A stretch of 64,000 nt of DNA from an uncultured Alphaproteobacteria bacterium (GTDB lineage Bacteria > Pseudomonadota > Alphaproteobacteria > CAAGCB01 > CAG-977): NCBI GenBank assembly GCA_944390195.1, contig CALXOZ010000002.1, positions 14,380 through 78,379 on the forward strand. Direction: 5' to 3'. The notes beneath the pieces are model-generated. The model was not told where the DNA came from and searched no databases. It saw nothing but the letters and a program-made list of their open reading frames with translations. The position numbers were made by a program, and so were the translations under genes. This document shows, in pieces, positions 30,400 through 44,308 of this stretch. Each line of letters starts with the position of its first letter. Within the stretch, counting starts at the first letter, position 1.

Positions 30400-31017
30400 T
30401 CATTTTAGATAAGCTTTGATGGGAGCATAGGATTTTCTATGATGAATGCAAACTCCGTGTTCTTTCAACCCTTTTTGATGCAATTTGGTTCCGTATCCGG
30501 CGTTTTTTTCCCATCCGTAATAAGGAAAATCCTTTGCCAAACAGCTCATGATGTTGTCTCTGGTTACTTTCGCTATGATAGAGGCCGCAGCAATTGATAA
30601 GCTTAAGGCGTCTCCTTTGACGATTGCCCGAGCCGGACAGGGGAGGAGCGGTGGAACTTTGTTGCCGTCAACCAATGCGAATGAGGGCACGCAGGGCAGG
30701 TTTTCGACAGCTCGCCGCATAGCTAAAAAAGTTGCCTGTAAAATGTTTAAACGGTCTATTTCTTCAACGCTAGCGATACCGCAACCGATCAAGGCGGAAC
30801 AGGAATGTAAACTTTCAAACAGTTCTTCGCGTTTGTGACGGGAAAGTTTTTTTGAATCATCTAAAGCCTGTGATAAAAAAACGGGTATTTCCAGATCCGG
30901 AAAAACCACCGCTGCGGCGACGACGGGACCCGCCCAAGGTCCACGACCGGCTTCGTCAATGCCGGCGATTAAAGAGTGGATATTTATTATTGAGGCTTCA
31001 TATTTGAAATCAGGCAT
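30400..31017 (-). CDS. rnhB: ribonuclease HII
   Basis: 205 aa. 'IAGIDEAGRGPWAGPVVAAAVV' catalytic N-terminus. Confidence 0.9.
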   Translation of the reverse strand: MPDFKYEASIINIHSLIAGIDEAGRGPWAGPVVAAAVVFPDLEIPVFLSQALDDSKKLSRHKREELFESLHSCSALIGCGIASVEEIDRLNILQATFLAMRRAVENLPCVPSFALVDGNKVPPLLPCPARAIVKGDALSLSIAAASIIAKVTRDNIMSCLAKDFPYYGWEKNAGYGTKLHQKGLKEHGVCIHHRKSYAPIKAYLK

Positions 31018-31024
31018 GGTTTTA

Positions 31025-32431
31025 TTATTGATCCGTTTTTTTGTTTTTTAATAAATCTTTATAAAATGCCGAATTTTTCAGCATTTCTTTTTTCATATGC
31101 TGTATACCGTATTTTTCAATCAAAGTCTGTTCTTGAGACAACAATGACCTTCCCAACCCAAATCCTTTTTCCGGCAAAGGGAAACCGGCGGCTTCCAATA
31201 AAGTGGGAGTCAAATCCAGCATGGAAAACGATCTGTTTGCGGACAAGGGGGTGGGGATATTGATAAAGCGGTTGAAAATCAATCGGTGACGATTTTTTTC
31301 CAATGTTTCATATAAAGGGTTTTGGCGTGCCAGATGGTCTCCGACAACGGCAATGACGGTGTCATGAAACAAAGGTGTTTTTTTTATAAAATCAATGAAA
31401 TCGGAAATTTGTCGATCCGTACAAAAAACGATCCGTGCAAATTCATTAAAGGTGTTATTAGCGGTTTGACAGTTTTTTTCCAAATATCCGACAGGTTCAT
31501 GGGTATTAATTGTCAAAATTCCCATAAAAAAAGGCGATTTTTTTTGTGATAATTCTAAAATTTTTTCTTTTGCGACTTCGAAAGTTTTAGAATCTTTAAC
31601 GGCGGAAAAATCGGTTAAACCGTTATCATCTTCATTTCTGCGTAAGGTTGTCGCTCCGATGACATTTTTTATTCCGTGTTCTTTTAAGAGATTGACTTTA
31701 TTTGAAAAGTGTTCGGTTTCGCTGAAATAAAAATAAGTGTCGTATCCTGCTTTGTTTAAAACGTCGGTTAAACAGAGGGCGGAAGGGAAGGTGAATTTGA
31801 TATGATTTCTGGAAAATTCCGGCAAGACGGGCATGACGGGAATGGCGCAAAGGGCGGCGGTCAATGCTGATATCGTGTTGTCTGTGCCGTCTGTTTGCAG
31901 AAACTCTGAAAAAGACAGCCCGGCTTGTTTTGTTAATTCCGGTAATAACGAATTCGGGAACAAATCAGGATTTGCGTAAGATTGTTCAAGGGATTCCGCA
32001 AAGATCAGGATCAGGTTTTTTTTCCGTTCCGGAAGATTGTCATTTTTTAAAGAATAAAAAATGTAGTTATCTTCGTAAAAAGAGGTTTTTTGAAAAAAGA
32101 TAATGAATAAATCCTGTATACCAATTCTGAAAAAAGACAAATAAATAAAAAATATTCCCGAGAATGTCATTAATATGTTTCTGACAAGTTTTTTTGAAAC
32201 ATGGAGTTGCTTTAAAAGGGCGGGGATCAAACACCACGAGCTCGTAACAATGAAAAGCGTCATTAAGAGTGTTTGAATAAAATATTTTTTTTCAATATTC
32301 AGGAAACTTTTAAAAAAATCACCGTACATCACCAGATAACTGAAAACAGTTGTCGGTTTTGCCGCCAGAAAGTCAAGAAATGACAGGACAACAACCGAGA
32401 GGCACAGCAGGGTGAAGATAAAAAGTTTCAT
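31025..32431 (-). CDS. sulfatase-family (alkaline-phosphatase superfamily) membrane protein, LTA-synthase/phosphoglycerol- or phosphoethanolamine-transferase-like
   Basis: 468 aa. About 5 N-terminal TMs, then a periplasmic domain with 'ILTINTHEP', 'VVGDH', 'DLTPTLLEAAG' motifs. Confidence 0.55.
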   Translation of the reverse strand: MKLFIFTLLCLSVVVLSFLDFLAAKPTTVFSYLVMYGDFFKSFLNIEKKYFIQTLLMTLFIVTSSWCLIPALLKQLHVSKKLVRNILMTFSGIFFIYLSFFRIGIQDLFIIFFQKTSFYEDNYIFYSLKNDNLPERKKNLILIFAESLEQSYANPDLFPNSLLPELTKQAGLSFSEFLQTDGTDNTISALTAALCAIPVMPVLPEFSRNHIKFTFPSALCLTDVLNKAGYDTYFYFSETEHFSNKVNLLKEHGIKNVIGATTLRRNEDDNGLTDFSAVKDSKTFEVAKEKILELSQKKSPFFMGILTINTHEPVGYLEKNCQTANNTFNEFARIVFCTDRQISDFIDFIKKTPLFHDTVIAVVGDHLARQNPLYETLEKNRHRLIFNRFINIPTPLSANRSFSMLDLTPTLLEAAGFPLPEKGFGLGRSLLSQEQTLIEKYGIQHMKKEMLKNSAFYKDLLKNKKTDQ

Positions 32432-32592
32432 ATAAAACCTGAAAAAGGTCGAGCTGTAAAAGTTGTTTGCAAACGGTGTTTTTTACGAAAGTTATCCGAT
32501 TTTTTTTACTCTGCCAACATGAATTTATGAAAAAATCAACTTTTTTTCATCTTGTCGATATCTAGATTTATCCATATCTTAAAGTTCCTATA

Positions 32593-32859
32593 TTGAAAAG
32601 GTGTTTCATGTGGAAAAGGACGCAACCGAGAGATCCCGAATATGTCAAGAAATTTTGGCCTGTTTTTTTACTGTGCCTGTTTTTCGGGATATTGGGATTG
32701 CACCGGTTTTACACAGGATATACAAAAGAGGGACGCTTTTTTTTATTGTGCGGCTTTAGCGGTGTTGGCGCAATTATATCAGGGTCATGGGCCTTGTTTG
32801 ATCTTGTGATGATTTTGTCGCGCCGATACAGAACACCGAACGGTCGTTGTTTGGAATGA
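32593..32859 (+). CDS. TM2 domain-containing small membrane protein
   Basis: 'FFGILGLHRFYTGYTKEG…GVGAIISGSWALFD' TM2-domain pattern. Start possibly at 32608. Confidence 0.6.
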   Translation: MKRCFMWKRTQPRDPEYVKKFWPVFLLCLFFGILGLHRFYTGYTKEGRFFLLCGFSGVGAIISGSWALFDLVMILSRRYRTPNGRCLE

Positions 32860-33020
32860 GGCTGAAGAAAAAACGTAAAAAGAGGTTGAAGAAACAATTC
32901 AACTGCGTTAAAGTTAAGCCCGCAAATCGGGGGAGTTTTTCTTGACGTCTGATTTGCCGATGTCGGGAAAACATTCCCTTCTATTTAAATCTTTCATTTT
33001 ATTTCTTGGAGAAAAAATCC

Positions 33021-36578
<3,558 letters not shown>

Positions 36579-36598
36579 TGTGCTAAACATAAAGAAAA

Positions 36599-36623
36599 GC
36601 CCCGAGAGATCGGGGCTTTTTTT
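36599..36623 (+). terminator. rho-independent terminator after nifJ
   Basis: gccccga-gaga-tcggggc followed by T7. Confidence 0.85.
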
Positions 36624-36628
36624 ATCAC

Positions 36629-37105
36629 TTATTCCAATTCCGCGGCGATCGCTTTGCGACGTTCCTTTCTTTTTTCACGCTGTCTGCGTTGCAGCATTTC
36701 TTTTGAAGAGGAAACCTCCTGACGTTCAAGCCATTCTTCCTGTCCGGCTTCCGTGTGTTCGTAATAAAAAACAAGATCGCGTTCGTTAATGGTCTTTGCG
36801 TCTATGACCGCCTGAGGGATCCCCCAAATCGGCGAAATCGGCCATAACAGTAAATTCATGACACCGTAAATGCTCTGAGAACCGTCCGCACCGTTCCCCA
36901 TTCCCAAATAAAAATTTCCGAACCCCGGCAAGATATTTAAAGCGCCCGCCAATAAAGGACTGGCGGGTTTGACCCATTCTCCGGTCGGTTTGTCAACGGA
37001 AATACCGTCGGCTTTCAAATCCCGCAGGACTATTCTTTCATGTCCCGACAAAGTCGTGCAACCGGCGGTAAAGCATAATAAAACACCAAGTAAAGTTTTT
37101 TTCAT
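36629..37105 (-). CDS. hypothetical lipoprotein
   Basis: 158 aa. Lipobox FTAGC after a signal peptide. Gly-rich amphipathic middle. Lys/Arg/Glu-rich C-terminal tail. Confidence 0.55.
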   Translation of the reverse strand: MKKTLLGVLLCFTAGCTTLSGHERIVLRDLKADGISVDKPTGEWVKPASPLLAGALNILPGFGNFYLGMGNGADGSQSIYGVMNLLLWPISPIWGIPQAVIDAKTINERDLVFYYEHTEAGQEEWLERQEVSSSKEMLQRRQREKRKERRKAIAAELE

Positions 37106-37138
37106 TTCTGAAGATCCTTTGAATTTAATGAAACAAAA

Positions 37139-37158
37139 CCCACCTTTTTCAAGGTGGG
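37139..37158 (-). other. stable hairpin plus U-tract (minus strand) 33 nt upstream of the lipoprotein start; attenuator or end of an unannotated minus-strand transcript
   Basis: cccacctt-tttc-aaggtggg. On the minus strand it is followed by ttttgtttcat. No CDS lies between it and udp (37160-37490). Confidence 0.3.
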
Positions 37159-37492
37159 CGGATTTTCAGAAACCGTTTACATCTAAAGACGGCTTGGCTT
37201 ATTGAGCACGAAGCCTTATTCGCCAAAATCCGCCCGCATAGGAACAGATTTGGCGTATAATTTATTGGCCGCCATACACAATGCGGCTAGATGTAATAGG
37301 GTTTCTAACGCCCTGTGCCGATCAAAACCCAGCACGACAAGATGCTATCAAAGAAAAGAAAGATATCAAAGAAAAAAATCATCGCTTTTGTTTGTTTTTA
37401 AATAACAGTTTGTTTTATGTTTTTTTTTCATATACACTGGTCTGAACAATATGAATTCATCATATTTTTCTTTTATTTGAAGAGAGGTTTTT

Positions 37493-38266
37493 ATGCAAAA
37501 ACTGGAAAAGCAGTTTCATATCCATTGTGTCGAAGGTGATGTCGGGCGTTATGTCATTTTACCGGGGGATCCGGGACGCTGTGAATCGATCGCCAAATTG
37601 TTTGACAATCCGCATCATGTTGCGCAAAACCGAGAATACAACATCTATACGGGGACTTTATTAGGGGAAAAGGTTTCTGTTTGTTCAACGGGGATCGGCG
37701 GTCCTTCGGCTTCTATCGCCATGGAAGAATTGCACAATATCGGCGCTGACACCTTTATTCGTACGGGAACGTGCGGCGGGATTGACTTGGACGTTCAGTC
37801 CGGCGATATCGTTGTGGCAACAGGCGCAATCCGTTTTGAACATACTTCCGTCGAATACGCGCCGATCGAATATCCGGCCGTTGCCAATCTGGATATCACG
37901 ATTGCTTTGCGCCAGGCTGCTTTGGCTATGGGCAAAACAACCCATACTGGTGTCGTACAATGTAAGGACGCTTTCTACGGTCAACATAGTCCGGCTAAAA
38001 TGCCCGTTTCCTATGAATTGTTGCAAAAATGGGAAGCGTGGAAACGTTTGGGCGTTAAAGCCAGTGAAATGGAATCTGCGGCTTTGTTTGTCGTCGCGGA
38101 CGCATTGAAATGCCGTTGCGGGTCTTGCTTCCATGTGATCTGGAACCAAGAACGCGAAGCCGCCGGATTGGATCAGAAAATGTCCGAAGACACTTCTGCC
38201 GCCGTTCGTGTCGCCGTCGATGCTTTGAAGATCATTATCGAACAAGATCGAGCGTCTAAAAAATAA
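37493..38266 (+). CDS. udp: uridine phosphorylase (PNP/UDP family 1)
   Basis: '[13 protein letters not shown]' and '[18 protein letters not shown]' are near-identical to enterobacterial Udp motifs. Confidence 0.85.
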   Translation: MQKLEKQFHIHCVEGDVGRYVILPGDPGRCESIAKLFDNPHHVAQNREYNIYTGTLLGEKVSVCSTGIGGPSASIAMEELHNIGADTFIRTGTCGGIDLDVQSGDIVVATGAIRFEHTSVEYAPIEYPAVANLDITIALRQAALAMGKTTHTGVVQCKDAFYGQHSPAKMPVSYELLQKWEAWKRLGVKASEMESAALFVVADALKCRCGSCFHVIWNQEREAAGLDQKMSEDTSAAVRVAVDALKIIIEQDRASKK

Positions 38267-38284
38267 ATATCGTGAAAAATAATA

Positions 38285-38320
38285 AAACAGACAAAAAATC
38301 TTTTGTCTGTTTTTTTATTT
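38285..38320 (+). terminator. rho-independent terminator after udp
   Basis: aaaacagacaaaa-aatc-ttttgtctgtttt followed by T-run. Confidence 0.8.
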
Positions 38321-38400
38321 AAAAATACAGATAAAAAAGAATTTAAAATTAATTCTGTTTTTCATTTTTTGATACTAGCATTAATATTTTTTATTCTTTC

Positions 38401-38772
38401 ATGGAGCTTGCCCTGATGTTATTAAATGAAATTCCTTCACCTGCTTTTACCATTAATAAGGAGGGAAAGATTTCTATTTTTATTCCGGAATTGGCGGGAG
38501 AAGCGGAAAAACCGGAAATTGGTTATTTTCTTGAAAACGCTTTGTTTTTCAAACGAACGCCTGATTCCGGTTGTGCGATAACAGGCGTTTCCGACGATGT
38601 AATGGATTTTTTACGAAATTCTGAAAAGTGTTTGATCGTTGAAATTGATCTGGACAAGGTTGTTGATTTTGACGAAGGAAAAATAACGGATCCGGTCGGA
38701 ATGTTCAAACGTTATTATGAAGTATCGGTTGACAGATCGTCTTTTCCGGAAAAGAGAGAAGATACAATTTAA
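38401..38772 (+). CDS. hypothetical protein
   Basis: 123 aa ORF with no recognisable motifs. Start may be ATG 38416. Confidence 0.4.
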   Translation: MELALMLLNEIPSPAFTINKEGKISIFIPELAGEAEKPEIGYFLENALFFKRTPDSGCAITGVSDDVMDFLRNSEKCLIVEIDLDKVVDFDEGKITDPVGMFKRYYEVSVDRSSFPEKREDTI

Positions 38773-38948
38773 AAGCATTTTTTATTATAATGAATTAAAA
38801 GTCTTCTATTTGTCTATATTTTTTCATTTTAAAATAAAAACAACACTATTTCTTATACTGATCGAAGAAAAAAGTTGAACTGTTTTGTCTAATAATGTTA
38901 TCCTGAAATCTCGGGTTGGTTGTTCTGACAGGTCAAAAGGGGAAAAAA

Positions 38949-40109
38949 ATGGCAAATGTAGCGGCATTTTATCTTTTAAATCAAAGCGGAGCCTTTAAGG
39001 GGTTGTTTTCGTTTGAAAATTCTGAAGGTTTTGTTGCTCGTCCGGATCGTTATCGCAATGCCGGAATGAATGATGACATTTTAGAATCCTATTTGGCGGG
39101 GGCTTGTAAAATGAAATTGTCAGGGGCGTCTAATATTACCAATGTTTTCGGAGAAGCTGCCCGTTCCAATTTAAAGAATGTGCCTGATTACAAACAATTT
39201 GCCGCAAAACAGGTTGAAATGATTGAACCGCCGTCTTTTTTGGAAAAAATGATGGTGATTAATAAAAGTGTCGCTCAATCCAAATTGGGAAAAGTTGCAG
39301 GAAAAGCAACATTGGGAGCTGTTCCCGTCGCTTTGACATTGGTTGCCATGTCCGCTCGAGCATACGGAGCCACACGTCATTTCGTAATGGAAAAATTAAA
39401 TCTTAATAAAACAAATCAAAAATCTTTTTCAGATCGATTGAAGGAAATTAAAAACCGTATCGGATATAAAAACGATCTGAAAAAAATTAATAATATGGAA
39501 AAGTTGCAAAAAACAGGCGATCTGTTGAATCGTTTGCAATGGCAAGCGGGCACTGTTTCAAGTTATAATAAAGATTTTTCGGAATTGCAGAAAATTTCTT
39601 CAACTCATCCGTTGTTGGTCAATTATATGGAAGGTTTCGCCTTGATTGACGACAAAGGGAAGGGAAAGTTGTTGGCGGATCGTTATATCATTCCGCAAAA
39701 TAAAGATAATTATCCCATTTATTCAAATTGGGACGCCCAAAGAAAAATCGATCAATTACCTCCTTTGAAAGCTGGAGATCTTCGCGATGATATCACACGC
39801 CATATAAAAGCTGTCGAAATGATAGATCCTCCGACAAAAACGGAATTGAAATTGATAAGAAAGATAAAGCGATTCAATCTCTTAAAAGAACAAAAAAGTG
39901 TGGATTCCCCCATATTGGCTGTTGTTAACAAATCTCTTGAAAAGATGATGACTTGTTATGTTGCGGAAAAACAGAAAAAAGACTCATCCCTCAATGCTCA
40001 AGAAGGCATGTTGGGAAGGTTAAAGGATCTTCAAAGGCGCGATCAGGCTCAAGACCGTTTGAACAAGTTGTGTGCTTTGGAAAAAAAGTTGAAAAAAAAC
40101 GGTAGATAA
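38949..40109 (+). CDS. hypothetical protein (no signal peptide; Lys-rich, possibly secreted effector-like)
   Basis: About 386 aa from ATG 38949 (AAGGGG upstream); the track starts at 38916. No family recognised. Confidence 0.5.
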   Translation: MANVAAFYLLNQSGAFKGLFSFENSEGFVARPDRYRNAGMNDDILESYLAGACKMKLSGASNITNVFGEAARSNLKNVPDYKQFAAKQVEMIEPPSFLEKMMVINKSVAQSKLGKVAGKATLGAVPVALTLVAMSARAYGATRHFVMEKLNLNKTNQKSFSDRLKEIKNRIGYKNDLKKINNMEKLQKTGDLLNRLQWQAGTVSSYNKDFSELQKISSTHPLLVNYMEGFALIDDKGKGKLLADRYIIPQNKDNYPIYSNWDAQRKIDQLPPLKAGDLRDDITRHIKAVEMIDPPTKTELKLIRKIKRFNLLKEQKSVDSPILAVVNKSLEKMMTCYVAEKQKKDSSLNAQEGMLGRLKDLQRRDQAQDRLNKLCALEKKLKKNGR

Positions 40110-40821
40110 AGTTTCTACTTTGTTAAAAAAGAAACTCCTGCGCAAAACGCGGGGAGGGGGCTTTGCATACGGAAGTGGCTCTTATTCCATTAGCTTAAGA
40201 CATTCCTTCGTATATATTTCATTACTTGCCAACTATAAGCCAGCCGGACGCATTCGATTCCGGTTGACTAAAAAGTATCCTCTTCCAGCAGATTTATGAA
40301 CTATCTGTCAATTATTCGCATACTCTGTTTATATGCTCTGCTTTATATCAAAACTCTTGGCGGTATTTACATTTCATGTTGCCTTGATTTTTTCAGATCA
40401 TCAGATCGCTTTTACATTTCGGAAAATCCGAAAAGTCGGACATCTTTATTACTGACGTGGTTTCTTCCGATATTCGGACGTGATTCTGAAAACTACAGTA
40501 TAAGATATTCATCATCCTCCGCTTATATGATTTTTGTAACATTTTCCCAATATCATAGTGTCGTCATGAAAGATTTCATGAAATATTTTTCGATGCAATT
40601 TTCTCTTAAAAACAATAAAACCAAACTGTTTTGTGTTGTGTAACGGTTTATCAAAATTACCATATTATTTTTTCGATTTTACTGTCTGGTAGCCATTATG
40701 TCAAAAAAGCATTTATATACGACTGAAAGCTTTTTTTTAAAGCGCGTCACATTTGGAAAGGAGGATTTTTATACAACAAAAAAAGCGGCTTTTTAACCGC
40801 TTTTTTATTAAAGGAAAATTG

Positions 40822-41706
40822 TCAGAATTCGTATTTAATATTAAATCCTAAGCTGAATGCCCCCTGATTGTCAGGAGCGTAAGGTTCTTTTATTCTGTTC
40901 GTACTGGCTAAAACATAATCAAGCGTAGCGCCCAGAGCTAAATTTTGATATGTTCGTATATAACCGCCGGCAAAAAATGTAAGATCCCTGTTACGGACAT
41001 GATCTATAGTATCCCAAGTATATCTTAATCCGACATCGGCAGTCGTATGTTGTGCAGCCAAAATATGCAGGGCACCTTCAATGTTGAATTGATCGTATTG
41101 TTGATCGTTGCCGTAATCAACATTGTGATAATCAAAGCGTGTATAGGCAAAGACATTTTCTCCGGTTTCCGTTCCGGCCATCAAGTATAAATGAGTATCT
41201 TTTTGATCTTCGTTGATAACCCCTTTCCATTTTGTATAATTTGTCCTGGTAACGTCCGCCCCGATTTGAACACGCCAAGCTTCGTCAATAGTGTTGACTT
41301 TCGTTCCAAGCGTCCATTCCCAATCACGGAAAGAAGCGGCTCCTTCCTTTTTTGTCCAGTCATATCCGAAACTGCCATAGACAGCCCATGTTCCCGTAAT
41401 TCCGTATGTCAAAGTCTCAGATGCTTTCAAGCTTTTGGCATTTTTTAAAAAACGATACCCTGTCGATGCCACGGGAGCATTAATAGAAGTATTTAATTTT
41501 TCACGGGAATAACTGATTCTGGTGTCTGCCATAAATCCTCTTTCCGGAATGTAAAAGGGATTGGTTATATCAACATAGCTATGATCCGGTTGATAAGAGG
41601 CTGTGTCATTTTGTTTTTGCCCGTATACTTGTTGTTGAGTTTGCTCTTGGGCTTGCGCTGAAAAAGCAACAAAGCTGAACAGAGTTGCCAATAAAATTTT
41701 TTTCAT
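40822..41706 (-). CDS. outer-membrane beta-barrel protein (porin-like), family unassigned
   Basis: Signal peptide with AQA|QE cleavage site. Alternating amphipathic beta-strands. C-terminal 'KYEF' with terminal Phe. Confidence 0.65.
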   Translation of the reverse strand: MKKILLATLFSFVAFSAQAQEQTQQQVYGQKQNDTASYQPDHSYVDITNPFYIPERGFMADTRISYSREKLNTSINAPVASTGYRFLKNAKSLKASETLTYGITGTWAVYGSFGYDWTKKEGAASFRDWEWTLGTKVNTIDEAWRVQIGADVTRTNYTKWKGVINEDQKDTHLYLMAGTETGENVFAYTRFDYHNVDYGNDQQYDQFNIEGALHILAAQHTTADVGLRYTWDTIDHVRNRDLTFFAGGYIRTYQNLALGATLDYVLASTNRIKEPYAPDNQGAFSLGFNIKYEF

Positions 41707-41841
41707 CTAAAAAAACCTTTCTTTATATCTGACAGCGCATAGGATATGTTGAAAAAATTAACCTTTTATTGAAAAAAATAAAAACTTTTGATTTTTTATG
41801 TAATACGTTTTACTCTTACGCATAAAAAAAAGGGGACTGAA

Positions 41842-42528
41842 ATGGGTAAATTGAGTTTGTGGTTTAAAAAGAAAATTTACGGGTACGATTTGCCTGATTA
41901 TAAGAAAGCTCAGGAATGGAAAATAAAACCTTCAGACCGGTTTTTATTATTGGCACCACATGCCGATGATGAAACAATAGGATGTGGAGGCTTTTTATTA
42001 AAATATGGTTCTCAGTGCGATGTCGTTTTGTTGACGGATGGTAGATATGGCGATAACGAAGTCGATCCGGAAAAAATGATAGAAATCCGTAAAAAAGAAT
42101 TTCAAAATGTCATGAGTTCTTATGCTGTAAAAAGCATTCAGATGTTGAATATAGAAGACGGGCGATTGATTGATTCCTTTAAAGACTTTTCCACACTGAA
42201 TTTTAAAGGTTATGATTATGTTTTGATGCCTCATCCAATGGACTTTCACAAAGACCATATTGCCGTTGCATGCTTGTTCAAGCGTTTATGCCGTACACGT
42301 CCTTTCAATGGTCGGGTCGTGTATTATGAAGTATGGAATACGTTGGGGCGACCAACCCATTATGTTGATATCTCCGATGTCATTGAAGAAAAAGAGCGTT
42401 TGATTAATATGTATTCTTCACAAACCAAGAATATCAATTATGCTTCGCGCATTTTGGGGCTGAACCATTATCGGGGAATGCGCCATCACGTCAAATTTGA
42501 AGAAGATTTTCAAATAGAAAAAATATAG
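41842..42528 (+). CDS. PIG-L/LmbE-family N-acetylglucosaminyl deacetylase
   Basis: 'LLLAPHADDETIGCGG' (AHPDDE motif) and 'HPMDFHKDH'. Start at ATG 41842 after AAGGGG. Confidence 0.7.
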   Translation: MGKLSLWFKKKIYGYDLPDYKKAQEWKIKPSDRFLLLAPHADDETIGCGGFLLKYGSQCDVVLLTDGRYGDNEVDPEKMIEIRKKEFQNVMSSYAVKSIQMLNIEDGRLIDSFKDFSTLNFKGYDYVLMPHPMDFHKDHIAVACLFKRLCRTRPFNGRVVYYEVWNTLGRPTHYVDISDVIEEKERLINMYSSQTKNINYASRILGLNHYRGMRHHVKFEEDFQIEKI

Positions 42529-42561
42529 TTAAAGACCGTTTTTATAAATAGGTTTTCAGAA

Positions 42562-42594
42562 AACAGGAATCATGCTTAACGCGGGATTCCTGTT
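42562..42594 (+). other. 10-bp-stem hairpin downstream of the PIG-L gene (possible terminator lacking a U-tract)
   Basis: aacaggaatc-N13-gattcctgtt. Confidence 0.3.
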
Positions 42595-42865
42595 TCGGGT
42601 CTGATGGCGATACTTGTCTGAACGGCGTTTTGTTCGCTTTTATGCGGCATTTGAATCTCGTATTATCTATCATCACAACACTTATAAATCATCATTCAGT
42701 ACTTATCTTGAGAGGTATATAAAACGCTTTAGTTTTCAGGACATTTACTTAAATTTTCTTGAAATTTTTTTCTGCTTCTTTACCGTTTTTCGATATAAAA
42801 CAATTTACGACTTCACGATTGCCAAACTAATATTCGATGCTTCATGTCGTACACAGAGTGTATTT

Positions 42866-42900
42866 ATATCATTCATTATAATTACTCTTTTGACTTCAAT
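42866..42900. repeat. about 35-bp repeat D, copy 2
   Basis: See 15476-15510. Confidence 0.6.
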
Positions 42901-43324
42901 GTTCGCCGGCTTACCGGACGGCTATGAGCTTACCGAAACATTTGACTGGCGCGCGGTCTTTATGTATTTGACAGAAGAAAATATTTGAAAAATCTTTTTT
43001 ATTTAATTAGATAACAATCAATATTATATTTTTTGTTTAAAAAAAATTTATCTATTTATCAAAGCTGAGTGGAAGATTTCTACGGATCCTGCAAGGCGTT
43101 TTAAAAAACATTTAATTTCATAATGTTATATTGTTTTTCTGATAAAAAAGATCAAGAGCCTTCTTCATTTTTTGTATCATATACCGGATAACGTAAAACA
43201 GAGCTTCTTTACATCTTTATGTTTTATTCCATATGATCCGTTTGCATTTTCATCGGTCTGGTTTATTATAAAACGGTTGTTTCATTGAAAAAAAACTGTG
43301 TGTTTATAAAGGGAAAAAACAAGT

Positions 43325-44308
43325 ATGTTTAAAAGAGTGGGACTGTTTATTATTATAAATTTTGTTGTTTTGCTTACGATCGGTGTTTTAATCCGTTTGT
43401 TCGGTGTTGACAGATGGTTGACATCCGGAGGCATAAATTACTCTCAGTTACTTGCTTTTTCCGCTATATTCGGTTTTACAGGCTCTTTTATTTCATTGAT
43501 GATGTCGAAATCCATCGCCAAAATGTCAACAGGAGCCAGAACGATTTCAGATCCTCGAAATCAAGAGGAGGTTTGGTTGCTGACAACAGTTCGGGAATTG
43601 TCTGACAAGGCGGGAATAAGAATGCCGGAAGTTGCGATTTATTCTGGATCTGCGAACGCTTTTGCCACGGGGGCTTTTAAAGACGACGCTTTGGTTGCAG
43701 TTTCAAGCGGATTAATGCAATCAATGACATATGCGCAAATTCGCGCTGTTTTAGCTCATGAAATATCTCATGTAAAGAACGGGGATATGGTAACAATGAC
43801 TTTGGTTCAAGGCGTTTTAAATACATTTGTTTTCTTTTTTGCCCGAGTTGTCGCCGTTTTTTTGAACTCAAAAAGAGACAGTGATACGGATCAACGCCGT
43901 TCCGGAGGGATAGGATATTATTTTACGGTTCAAATATTTGAAATGGTTTTTGGTATCTTGGCCAGTATTGTCGCTTGCGCTTTTTCCCGTCACAGGGAAT
44001 ATCGTGCGGACGCCGGTGCGGCAGAGCTGTTGGGAAGCCCGAAAGATATGATTGAAGCGTTACAAGCGCTAGGGGCGACAGATGTCGAACCATTGCCCTC
44101 AGAGATGAAATCTTTTGGGATTGTCGATTTGCCTTCTTTTCTGGAACTGTTTTCGACACATCCGCCATTATCAGCAAGAATAAAGGCTTTGGCGGGGACA
44201 AATCCGCCTTCACACTCCGCGCGACAAAGCCCTAAAGAACCGAAATCCTCTTCGGGAGGACTTTTCGGTTCCATATCGTCTTCATCCAAACAAACACCGT
44301 GGGATTAA
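43325..44308 (+). CDS. htpX: protease HtpX-like (peptidase M48)
   Basis: N-terminal TMs, 'LAHEISHVKNGD' HExxH, downstream 'EYRADAGAAEL'. Ser/Gly-rich C-terminal tail. Confidence 0.85.
   Translation: MFKRVGLFIIINFVVLLTIGVLIRLFGVDRWLTSGGINYSQLLAFSAIFGFTGSFISLMMSKSIAKMSTGARTISDPRNQEEVWLLTTVRELSDKAGIRMPEVAIYSGSANAFATGAFKDDALVAVSSGLMQSMTYAQIRAVLAHEISHVKNGDMVTMTLVQGVLNTFVFFFARVVAVFLNSKRDSDTDQRRSGGIGYYFTVQIFEMVFGILASIVACAFSRHREYRADAGAAELLGSPKDMIEALQALGATDVEPLPSEMKSFGIVDLPSFLELFSTHPPLSARIKALAGTNPPSHSARQSPKEPKSSSGGLFGSISSSSKQTPWD

Noticed and set aside
40296-40643. 115-aa ORF (and 42614-42988 124-aa ORF) in AT-rich spacers
   Set aside because: Composition is Leu/Ile/Phe/Tyr-rich, typical of AT-rich noncoding DNA. 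There is no RBS and no similarity, and one of them overlaps repeat D.
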